Assembly: GCA_002633005.1 (NCBI GenBank)
Contig: NMRA01000077.1
Coordinates: 372,001 to 436,000, forward strand
DNA: 64,000 nt
Direction of reading: 5' to 3'
Source of the DNA: Phoronis australis
Lineage: Eukaryota; Animalia; Phoronida
This document shows, piece by piece, positions 57,501 to 61,379 of this stretch. Within the stretch, counting starts at the first letter, position 1. Every line of letters begins with the position of its first letter. The notes under the pieces were generated by a model. That model worked only from the letters and a program-made list of their open reading frames with translations. It searched no databases and was not told where the DNA came from. The translations under genes and the position numbers were made by a program.

Positions 57501-59358
57501 GTTGGGATTACAATAGGCACTGATCATCACACCTGGACTAAGGCACTGATCATCACACCTGGACTACCTTCTTTTCTTGAGGGATTAGGGATCAGAGATG
57601 GGTGTCAGTGATAATCACTGCTTGTTTGTGTCAACATTCTTTCTCAATTGTTTTAGACTCTGCAGAATGTAGCAATTAGGCTTGTCATTAAAATTTTCAT
57701 TGTTTGATCGGCAAAATTTGGTTAACTACAACAGAACAAAACAACAATGCAAAATTTTTGGCAACTGACCCAAAGTATAGTACAAAATTGTAAGTTGTTG
57801 GGCGCTCTACAAACTAGACAGGAAACTATGACACTCAAGAGCATTGATAGCACTGCTCATTGGTTGATATGCCTCTCCTGTATTGTGTAATCTTCCTGGG
57901 CAAAATATGGGACCAGTTGACTTCTGTACTCTACGGCTTATCAGTAGTAGAATGTAGTTAAATTTTGAATGGTGGTGCGGGTCATGGTTTGACCATTTTG
58001 AATGAGAAGAAGTTTTCCCTTTTTGAAAACTGAGTTGTTTTAATGATTACTTTTTGTAAAGTTTATAGCAGTGTAGTGTAACCCTTCATATACTAGGATT
58101 AATTGTCTTACTGTCAGATCTTTTCGTTTGACATGTTCTAAAATTTGAAACACTCAGCTTGGAAAAAAATAAGTGTGAATTTCATGTACTGAACTTTACA
58201 TGGTATTGGTTTTTCAAAGATTTAGTATTGCTCAAATCTATACACAAAGTGTGAATTTATTTACGACTAGTTGTGGTTGTACATTAGCATGCACTTTGGG
58301 CTGGGAGGTTTAACTACTTCACCTAGTGGCTCAGAGTTTTGGGCTGGGAGGTGTAACTGGTCCAGGTAGTAGCGGATGGTTGTAAATCACAGGTGTCATT
58401 CAAACAATTATTAGGCCTTTGAAAGTGACACACAAGGTCAGTGAAAGTAGTTCTTTGTGAACCCTGTGGAGTGCACTAAGTAAACACCTTAACAAGGTCT
58501 TTTTGTTTGAAGTATGTCCCGAAAATAATAGGTGCGTTGCAAGCTCCGTTTCCAGAGATAAAAAGGAGACCGTGTATAGGAGATATAAGGTCATTTATTA
58601 TGACTGATAACTGTACAGAAATATGAGTGTACAGATAACATAAAATAAAATAATAGTCTCTGGAAAGATGGGCAATAAGAAGCACCACAAGAGATGTTGA
58701 CGACAGCTCATGCCCATCCGGCTTTATAGTCCTGGCTGAGAAAATAATTGTTTTATTACCACCAATCGGTTTTGAACACCCAAGCCCAGAATAAGACTCT
58801 AGTTAATACCTTTGTGTGGATCTTTTACAGCGGTGGGGAAGAAATGTCAACTTAACTACACGTACGACATTTACCGTGACTCTGATGGCTGCGAGACTGA
58901 ATTCCGTATCCCTATTACCTGGTGTGCTGGAAAGTGTGATTCTGTAGAGTATGCCCTGCAGTCTGCTGATGGAGAAAAGAAGGACTGCAAGTGCTGCGCA
59001 GGTCTGCATCATAGCACCTATTTGTTGACTGGGAACTGACCTTCTTTGTGACATATGCAGTACAATTTTACCAAGTTTGGGTAAAATAATTGTGAAAATG
59101 GATCTTCACTTTATTTTTTTAAATCTTCTAACTTTTTGTGAATGACCATAATGTTTCAAACCTTTGTCTGATAGTAGATATGGCATAGAATTGAGGTGTT
59201 GAGGTTCTTGTTTTAATATTAACTCTTAATCATTCGCAGGTGTGGAAGATAAATCCTCAGAAAGTTCTCTTAAACTCAAGTGTCCTGATGGTTCATCAAA
59301 GACTATTCGTTATGTCAAGTTCAAGGAGTGTAACTGTGAAACCTGCGGTGGTGTGTAA
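370..59358 (+). CDS. Multi-exon gene, 5'-incomplete: very large secreted mucin / SCO-spondin-like protein (PTS linkers + degenerate discoidin-like domains + TSP1/TIL/VWC array + C-terminal cystine knot), ~3,060 aa in window
   Basis: 58-59 exons, each with polypyrimidine-AG acceptor and GT donor. Intron phases chain without a frameshift or stop until TAA at 59356-59358. TSP1 (WxxWxxCSxxCGxG..R.R), TIL and CTCK cysteine patterns are recognisable. Confidence 0.9.
1125..1161 (-). mobile_element. Possible terminal inverted repeat of a Tc1/mariner-pogo-type MITE
   Basis: Reverse complement reads TA-CCGTATTCACCCTAATAAG, a typical TA-flanked CCGTA terminus; partner end not found. Confidence 0.25.
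1290..1640 (-). mobile_element. Decayed tyrosine-recombinase-like fragment (DIRS/Ngaro-type); second copy at 1-330
   Basis: Frameshifted minus-strand peptides SDFVVSSSGIILT / SYCP / PQHLGPLFCLxDSSLxTxSFFTQxLNSV...YNT resemble the CPV..PGPLF..DG..LT..F..Y.HS region of DIRS recombinases; catalytic HxxR not retained. Confidence 0.4.
1683..1772 (+). CDS. Exon, PT-rich linker
   Basis: tttcAG acceptor, GTGAG donor, 90 nt, phase 1-1. Confidence 0.8.
2019..2272 (+). CDS. Exon, discoidin-like domain 1, N-part (CLESMREVP...GGSWSPD...)
   Basis: ttgtAG acceptor, GCA|GTAAGT donor, phase 1-0; overlaps ORF 2033..2302. Confidence 0.88.
3520..3679 (+). CDS. Exon, discoidin-like domain 1, C-part (...FRLSNVVVKACYNP)
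   Basis: tgcAG acceptor, G|GTATG donor, phase 0-1; closing Cys. Confidence 0.88.
4042..4104 (+). CDS. Exon, short PT linker (EEPTTPPAVKTTTPVSEEKVT)
   Basis: tttttAG acceptor, G|GTATGT donor, 63 nt, phase 1-1. Confidence 0.8.
4410..4622 (+). CDS. Exon, PTS mucin-like linker
   Basis: ccaccAG acceptor, G|GTAACT donor, 213 nt, phase 1-1; ORF 4415..4684. Confidence 0.85.
5405..5479 (+). CDS. Exon, short PT linker (TPAPTQPPTLPSTQPTTQPPSTTT)
   Basis: tttcAG acceptor, G|GTATAG donor, 75 nt, phase 1-1; paralogue of 18708-18758. Confidence 0.82.
5684..7680. repeat. Diverged intronic duplication (copies ~5684-6505 and ~6733-7680) with internal ~60-bp sub-repeats
   Basis: Shared blocks such as gatggagagag.atgattaaatccagtaa, gctcttagttaacttcctg and gtttgaccccatg.tttaaaagtacat. 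Confidence 0.8.
7897..8189 (+). CDS. Exon, discoidin-like domain 2 (copy A), N-part (CPLKEAMGD...)
   Basis: tgcAG acceptor, GAG|GTTAGT donor, 293 nt, phase 1-0; paralogue of 19751-20043. Confidence 0.88.
8745..9465. repeat. Interspersed repeat, copy 1 (copy 2 at ~12540-13252)
   Basis: Shared blocks tgtttcattgccagctg, gctgtcttaaaagct.ttgacatctaatttggt and gtgaaaattcctgca. Confidence 0.8.
8980..9104. repeat. Minisatellite, 25 bp x5 (gtttgtgaatccttcgagtatatca)
   Basis: Direct tandem copies. Confidence 0.95.
9636..9756 (+). CDS. Exon, discoidin-like domain 2 (copy A), C-part (DFQIEFVGG...VSLLVCAE)
   Basis: ttttcAG acceptor, G|GTTAGT donor, 121 nt, phase 0-1; paralogue of 20578-20698. Confidence 0.88.
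10338..10376 (+). CDS. Micro-exon (TEGFGIQSTTPE)
   Basis: tttAG acceptor, G|GTAGG donor, 39 nt, phase 1-1; same-length paralogue at 21164-21202. Confidence 0.75.
11387..11685 (+). CDS. Exon, discoidin-like domain 3 (copy A), N-part (CVKSDMM...)
   Basis: ctttAG acceptor, GTT|GTAAGT donor, 299 nt, phase 1-0; paralogue of 22809-23107. Confidence 0.88.
12048..12212 (-). mobile_element. Penelope-like retroelement fragment (C-terminal part of GIY-YIG endonuclease)
   Basis: HLCATGHDFNIDDVNILDCEETWFRRGVKEALHERIESPSLHKRGGWRFDLS fits the H..GH.F..V.ILD.E..W..R.VKEA..P.LN..G pattern of Penelope endonucleases. Confidence 0.75.
12540..13252. repeat. Interspersed repeat, copy 2, with an internal 72-bp tandem duplication (12967-13116)
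   Basis: Homologous to 8745-9465; exact 72-bp repeat. Confidence 0.8.
13415..13547 (+). CDS. Exon, discoidin-like domain 3 (copy A), C-part (...LKIKKVSGCFIGP)
   Basis: tttcAG acceptor, G|GTGAAA donor, 133 nt, phase 0-1; paralogue of 23353-23485. Confidence 0.88.
13792..14079 (+). CDS. Exon, PTS mucin-like linker
   Basis: ttttcAG acceptor, G|GTAATT donor, 288 nt, phase 1-1; ORF 13791..14096. Confidence 0.85.
14921..15154 (+). CDS. Exon, PTS mucin-like linker (near-identical to 16253-16486)
   Basis: tttcAG acceptor, G|GTAAAT donor, 234 nt, phase 1-1. Confidence 0.82.
15575..15900 (+). CDS. Exon, acidic discoidin-like domain 4, N-part (CDKPVDMD...)
   Basis: cctgcAG acceptor, GAG|GTAATT donor, 326 nt, phase 1-0. 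Confidence 0.88.
16012..16141 (+). CDS. Exon, discoidin-like domain 4, C-part (DIEDLSEE...SVSFNGCIK)
   Basis: ttttAG acceptor, G|GTAGGT donor, 130 nt, phase 0-1. Confidence 0.87.
16253..16486 (+). CDS. Exon, PTS mucin-like linker
   Basis: tttcAG acceptor, G|GTAAGT donor, 234 nt, phase 1-1. Confidence 0.85.
17545..17832. repeat. Foldback-like element: ~90-bp direct repeats plus an inverted copy beyond an (AT)n spacer
   Basis: gaccatggcctt.tactcgaat.gaggac.atagtcaa occurs twice, with its reverse complement at ~17773-17821. Confidence 0.65.
18708..18758 (+). CDS. Exon, short PT linker (TSARTQPPTLPPSTTT)
   Basis: ttttcAG acceptor, G|GTAGTC donor, 51 nt, phase 1-1; 24 nt shorter than paralogue 5405-5479. 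Confidence 0.75.
19751..20043 (+). CDS. Exon, discoidin-like domain 2 (copy B), N-part
   Basis: ttgcAG acceptor, GAG|GTTAGT donor, 293 nt, phase 1-0. Confidence 0.88.
20578..20698 (+). CDS. Exon, discoidin-like domain 2 (copy B), C-part
   Basis: ccacAG acceptor, G|GTAGGT donor, 121 nt, phase 0-1. Confidence 0.88.
21164..21202 (+). CDS. Micro-exon (TEGIKIHSTTPE)
   Basis: ttttAG acceptor, G|GTAAGC donor, 39 nt, phase 1-1. Confidence 0.78.
22069..22262. repeat. Minisatellite, 48 bp x4
   Basis: aaggttaatctatctttagtccttaatgttatgtaggttcttattgat, perfect copies. Confidence 0.95.
22809..23107 (+). CDS. Exon, discoidin-like domain 3 (copy B), N-part
   Basis: tttAG acceptor, GTT|GTAAGT donor, 299 nt, phase 1-0. 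Confidence 0.88.
23353..23485 (+). CDS. Exon, discoidin-like domain 3 (copy B), C-part
   Basis: tttcAG acceptor, G|GTGAGA donor, 133 nt, phase 0-1. Confidence 0.88.
24455..24763 (+). CDS. Exon, PTS mucin-like linker
   Basis: tttttAG acceptor, G|GTAAGA donor, 309 nt, phase 1-1. Confidence 0.85.
25045..25364 (+). CDS. Exon, discoidin-like domain 5, N-part (CTDVDMQ...EGWDSEP...)
   Basis: ttctAG acceptor, CCT|GTACGT donor, 320 nt, phase 1-0. Confidence 0.85.
25607..25788. repeat. Minisatellite, 19 bp x~9.5 (agtttacaatcagtgttac)
   Basis: Direct tandem copies with substitutions. Confidence 0.92.
25945..26065 (+). CDS. Exon, discoidin-like domain 5, C-part (...GVRLVEMCVKEK)
   Basis: ttgcAG acceptor, T|GTAAGT donor, 121 nt, phase 0-1. 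Confidence 0.86.
26413..26643 (+). CDS. Exon, PTS mucin-like linker
   Basis: aattAG acceptor, G|GTATGT donor (first unit of a minisatellite), 231 nt, phase 1-1. Confidence 0.83.
26643..26951. repeat. Minisatellite, 24 bp x13 (ggtatgttatgtcttagctttgat), starting at an exon's splice donor
   Basis: Direct tandem copies; translates as (GMLCLSFD)n in the exon frame. Confidence 0.96.
27471..27515 (+). CDS. Micro-exon (IPDKPVVKPCSDVE)
   Basis: ccacAG acceptor, G|GTATGA donor, 45 nt, phase 1-1. Confidence 0.65.
27625..27720 (+). CDS. Exon, PTS linker
   Basis: tttAG acceptor, A|GTATGT donor, 96 nt, phase 1-1. Confidence 0.78.
27972..28019 (+). CDS. Micro-exon (QPPHPETTVSPTTLE)
   Basis: tttacAG acceptor, G|GTGAGA donor, 48 nt, phase 1-1. 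Confidence 0.75.
28530..28870 (+). mobile_element. Decayed relative of the 53338-55226 element
   Basis: ggattttcatgaaatttgg and gccacctagtggc motifs. Confidence 0.6.
29047..29236 (+). CDS. Exon, transition into the Cys-rich region (LCSVDMK...HVDCNN-C)
   Basis: ctttAG acceptor, TG|GTGAGT donor, 190 nt, phase 1-2, open frame. Confidence 0.85.
29530..29681 (+). CDS. Exon, VWC-like end plus short TSP1 (WSACSVTCGVG)
   Basis: ttgcAG acceptor, G|GTATGT donor, phase 2-1. Confidence 0.9.
30175..30336 (+). CDS. Exon, TSP1 domain
   Basis: PWSNCSVDCDGGEQRRTRKC; phase 1-1; G|GTAAGT donor. Confidence 0.92.
31198..31438 (+). CDS. Exon, TIL domain plus start of VWC-like module
   Basis: CHKTC...CEAGCACPDG..EHDGRCVPAAECPC; phase 1-2. 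Confidence 0.92.
32713..32759 (+). CDS. Micro-exon, VWC-like end (CVCKDGKISCKSKECD)
   Basis: ttgcAG acceptor, G|GTAAGT donor, 47 nt, phase 2-1. Confidence 0.88.
33729..33807 (+). CDS. Exon, TSP1 N-half (CGWSDWSDYGTCSTTCGEG)
   Basis: tttcAG acceptor, AG|GTTAGT donor, phase 1-2. Confidence 0.9.
34140..34304 (+). CDS. Exon, TSP1 C-half plus VWC-like start
   Basis: cttcAG acceptor, AT|GTAAGT donor, phase 2-2. Confidence 0.9.
34880..36050 (+). mobile_element. Decayed relative of the 53338-55226 element (~150-bp subunits)
   Basis: Recurrent gaaa(t)ttgg and cc.ctagtggc-like motifs at roughly 130-150 bp spacing. Confidence 0.6.
36096..36148 (+). CDS. Micro-exon (KCNENGKIAKITNPAKV)
   Basis: ttgcAG acceptor, G|GTGAGT donor, 53 nt, phase 2-1; needed to restore phase. 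Confidence 0.82.
36652..36834 (+). CDS. Exon, TSP1 domain
   Basis: HGGWSDWSEPSNCSEPCG...RTRMC; phase 1-1. Confidence 0.92.
37500..38091 (+). mobile_element. Decayed 3' end of an L1/Tx1-clade LINE ORF2 (zf-RVT zinc-binding region)
   Basis: Frameshifted peptides NVTKDSKIR.FQF.LLNR / DDTCSFCK / VETLKHFLVGCDYVKHFW / ILGI..LLLGKQFIF / KKW. Confidence 0.7.
38135..38258. repeat. Minisatellite, 20 bp x6 (tattgtattgtcaaatagta)
   Basis: Direct tandem copies just downstream of the LINE 3' end. Confidence 0.95.
38299..38469 (+). CDS. Exon, TSP1 domain
   Basis: PWTKCSKTCGRGEKTRSRKC; phase 1-1. Confidence 0.92.
38630..38935 (+). pseudogene. Decayed TSP1 pseudo-exon resembling 38299-38469, with an internal 42-bp x~4 expansion
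   Basis: PWTLCSKVC / agaagacacg / tgccccagccca match the upstream exon; frameshifts; no good acceptor. Confidence 0.65.
39304..39474 (+). CDS. Exon, TSP1 domain (spondin-type)
   Basis: CEFSPYSDWSPCEGDCGSGEQTRSR; phase 1-1. Confidence 0.92.
40478..40608 (+). CDS. Exon, TIL domain N-part
   Basis: CKKSCPKTC...CVLGCNCEE|GTTAGT; phase 1-0. Confidence 0.9.
41755..41882 (+). CDS. Exon, TIL end plus VWC-like start
   Basis: GKVLNAEGVCVPESHCKC; GG|GTGAGT donor; phase 0-2. Confidence 0.88.
42280..42356 (-). mobile_element. tRNA-derived SINE head, with a 44-bp tandem duplication of its B-box end at 42219-42262
   Basis: Reverse complement has A-box-like TGACCTAGTGCG and B-box GGTTCGAGTCC; no canonical anticodon arm. 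Confidence 0.55.
43076..43122 (+). CDS. Micro-exon (VCEKGKIVYTDFACI)
   Basis: tttcAG acceptor, G|GTAAGC donor, 47 nt, phase 2-1. Confidence 0.85.
43770..43970 (+). CDS. Exon, divergent TSP1 domain
   Basis: CYRGKWTPYTRCPVTC...QTRSR; phase 1-1. Confidence 0.9.
44565..44732 (+). CDS. Exon, TSP1 domain (spondin-type)
   Basis: CVWDDWTDWSDCDEECGGGQKTRTR; phase 1-1. Confidence 0.93.
45551..45709 (+). CDS. Exon, TIL domain
   Basis: CARKCPRTC...CTATCECP; phase 1-1. Confidence 0.9.
46105..46225 (+). CDS. Exon, TIL end plus VWC-like start
   Basis: GCVPAADCRC...CNE-C; phase 1-2; TG|GTGAGC donor. Confidence 0.88.
46262..46427. repeat. Minisatellite, 41 bp x4
   Basis: aactatcatatggtcattacaggttatcttggaccttagta, perfect copies. 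Confidence 0.95.
47314..47510 (+). CDS. Exon, VWC-like end plus TSP1
   Basis: VCEDGILRC..WTPWKDGDCSVECGEG..TRVC; phase 2-1. Confidence 0.9.
47977..48141 (+). CDS. Exon, TSP1 domain (spondin-type)
   Basis: CEVGDWGNWTECSATCDGGQMERTR; phase 1-1. Confidence 0.93.
48675..48764. repeat. Tandem duplication, 45 bp x2
   Basis: aaagtcttcatgaaaacaatcatattttgttatatataacattag twice. Confidence 0.9.
48960..49099 (+). CDS. Exon, TIL domain N-part
   Basis: CANSCPATC...CEEGCACPTGT|GTAAGA; phase 1-0. Confidence 0.9.
49313..49423 (+). repeat. G-rich minisatellite, 15 bp x~7 (gtgccaaggggggct)
   Basis: Tandem G5-G6 tracts inside a purine-rich intron segment. Confidence 0.92.
49622..49778. repeat. Minisatellite, 53 bp x3
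   Basis: agagtggatcctattagccattgatgctattgcatggactacatactgtggct. Confidence 0.93.
49862..50019 (+). CDS. Exon, TIL end plus VWC-like start
   Basis: VENSEGKCVPIAECPC; TG|GTGAGT donor; phase 0-2. Confidence 0.88.
50649..50701 (+). CDS. Micro-exon (ECNSGTWVCKEKPVNPN)
   Basis: ttgcAG acceptor, G|GTGAGT donor, 53 nt, phase 2-1. Confidence 0.87.
51506..51670 (+). CDS. Exon, TSP1 domain (spondin-type)
   Basis: CTVTKWSEFSNCSAPCGLGIQTATR; phase 1-1. Confidence 0.92.
52740..52951 (+). CDS. Exon, degenerate TIL domain
   Basis: CSENEEF...CVCKSGYFRDNKNKCVTMEEC; phase 1-0. Confidence 0.9.
53338..55226 (+). mobile_element. Helentron-associated non-autonomous element (HINE/DINE-1-like) with a central tandem array
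   Basis: 5' T-run plus subTIR ATGCGCCCACAT with a nearby inverted copy, (CCGT)n-like microsatellite, ~445-450-bp repeats, 3' subTIR TGTGGGCGCAT, terminal hairpin CAACGC-TCT-GCGTTG and TT end. Confidence 0.8.
56552..56656 (+). CDS. Exon, VWC domain (W...DPCTMCRCGNGKVSC)
   Basis: ttacAG acceptor, GAG|GTATGA donor, 105 nt, phase 0-0. Confidence 0.9.
57233..57305 (+). CDS. Exon, VWC end (CHCPVC)
   Basis: tttcAG acceptor, G|GTAAGT donor, 73 nt, phase 0-1. Confidence 0.87.
58520..58720. repeat. Interspersed repeat family (other copies at ~40040-40180 and ~44360-44540)
   Basis: Shared ccacaagagat.ttg...acag.tcatgcccat in all three; tatgtcccga and aaaaggagaccg shared with the 44 kb copy. Confidence 0.65.
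58831..59001 (+). CDS. Exon, C-terminal cystine knot (CTCK), first part
   Basis: C..GC..WCAGKC..CKCC pattern; phase 1-1. Confidence 0.9.
59240..59358 (+). CDS. Terminal coding exon, end of CTCK (LKCPDGSS...ECNCETCGGV*)
   Basis: tcgcAG acceptor, CPDG and CxCxxC motifs, TAA stop. Confidence 0.92.
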
Positions 59359-59383
59359 CACTTTTTTCACATATTTCTCAGAA

Positions 59384-59389
59384 AATAAA
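59384..59389 (+). terminator. Candidate polyadenylation signal AATAAA (alternatives at 59910 and ~60164-60190)
   Basis: AATAAA about 25 nt after the stop, followed by GT-rich sequence. Confidence 0.45.
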
Positions 59390-61379
59390 TATCTTGTGCA
59401 TTTGTATTGGTAACGTAAGAACTATAATTTTGTTACGACATGAATTAAAGTAAAAAGTCATGTCAGGTTCGTCATGCATGAGCAGGTGACTCATTCGACT
59501 TTCTCTTGCTGGAACATCAGTCAACTGCAGGTTACTTCCCTGTCATTGTTAAGACCCATGTATACACTTAAGTCATATATATTTTGCTGAAAATGAATAT
59601 TCTGTGCATGATATTGTAAACGATAAAATTTTCATTTACTGTTTTTTAAATATTTATTGCTTTTTAATGTTTAACAAATTGTTTTATTATCACATTGTTA
59701 TTCTCAATGTGAAGTTTTACCTTGATAATGATTACTTAATTCACTCTAGCTGCATGTTATTCTGTTTTCACAGAGACATCTACTCTGCCACCAAAAAGTG
59801 TAAAAACCAAAAAGGGGAACAAATTTGCACCACAGGCCATTTCCAGTTCAAAAGAATCCAGATTGCGGTGAAAAGAAAAGGAATCTCAAGAGAATTTCCA
59901 AGAAGCAGAAATAAAAGCTATTAATTTCTACACAGAATGAGAGCAAGATGATTTACTTATTGACTTCAGTCTAGTGGCAATACAAGTCCTTTAGGATCAT
60001 GGTTGATTCTGATAAAAAGGAGACTTTCACTTTTACGCACTAGTTTCTAGCTCTTCCTACAATAACGTCTTAAAGCATCTTGCTCCTTGTTCTGGAAATA
60101 ATGACAGAAAGTGTGATAATGACCATGAAATGATCTTTAGTTTAGACGAAGCATTCAAAAATCAAATAAAAAGTAATAAATAAAATAAATTTCAATACTC
60201 TTGTTTTCATTCAGTAAGTTGAATTGCAGCATTGTGTTGAGGTTTTTATAACAATTTTGTTATCACATAGTTTTGTTGGTTATCATGTTCATTTTTCAAG
60301 TGATTTACTTCACAATCTGGCTCCAAGTAAGTTATGCACTGCGTCACACTGCAGGGCTTTTGAAGTGTATCATGATCAAGCTCAACATGTGACCCAGAGG
60401 CCCTAAACAAAATGCAATTTTCATCCAGTTTTTAGGTTTATGATGGGAGGTTTCCCAAAAGGAGGTAATCTATGTTTCACCTACTTTTATTAGTTTTCCT
60501 TGAACAAAGTTTAATCAATTTTGCTGATACAAAATTATAACATGCCCCTTCAATGTTTTCTTGTTAATGCACCAAGTGACATGCAATTTAACCTCTTACA
60601 GAATCTCCGTGAAATATGGCAGGTGCATTCCTGATGACAAAGGCTAGATTTGCATCAATTTATAATCAGATTACTGATGTCCCCCCTTTTGGCAGTTTCA
60701 CAATCCATCTATGTACCTACCGGACTCCTTGGTGGAAACTGCTAAAATTTGTCAGCATCACCCGTTTTTACAAAGCTCTGGTTTGCTGTGCATCCCTCAA
60801 GGACTATTACAGTATTTTGGTGTTTATTTTTGGCACCAGTCTGTGTGCCAAATGGTATGAAGGATCGTTACTAAATTGCCATAGTTCTATTTTTGGCGAC
60901 ATTTTTTTGCATTTGCCAAGTTGGTGTAAGATTTTATATGAATTTGACACACATTTTGTCCAAGATGGAGAATCACTTGCCCATTTTTGGACAGTTCTAT
61001 CTTCATAATTTTAGTGCTCATTTATGATGGCTGCCCGTTTGTCAAATGATGCAGAATCACCACGAAGGAGTTTCTATTCAGGCCGGGGGACATCTTTGGC
61101 TATGATTATTGGATGGGTTCAACTGCAGTCTTCTGGTGATAATTTCAGTTTTCTTTGTGCGCAGTGATGCTCTACTTTGTTCATGTTATTCACAGGACAT
61201 CTTCACATTTACGAGATGGTGCAGTTGAAGAAATCTTCAATTTATCCTGTGGAGTAAATAGATTGGAACAGATGCACACATTCTATAAGTGTGACCAGTT
61301 ATCTTAGGCCTACGTTGTGAATTTTTAATTCTTATTCAAAGAAAGTCGTAAACTTCACAGAGATTCTAATAGGAAGAAC

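Noticed and set aside
370-59358. Assigning the gene symbol SSPO or MUC
   Set aside because: The C-terminal half is SCO-spondin-like, but the diagnostic N-terminal VWD/LDLa region is outside the window and orthology cannot be shown from this sequence alone.
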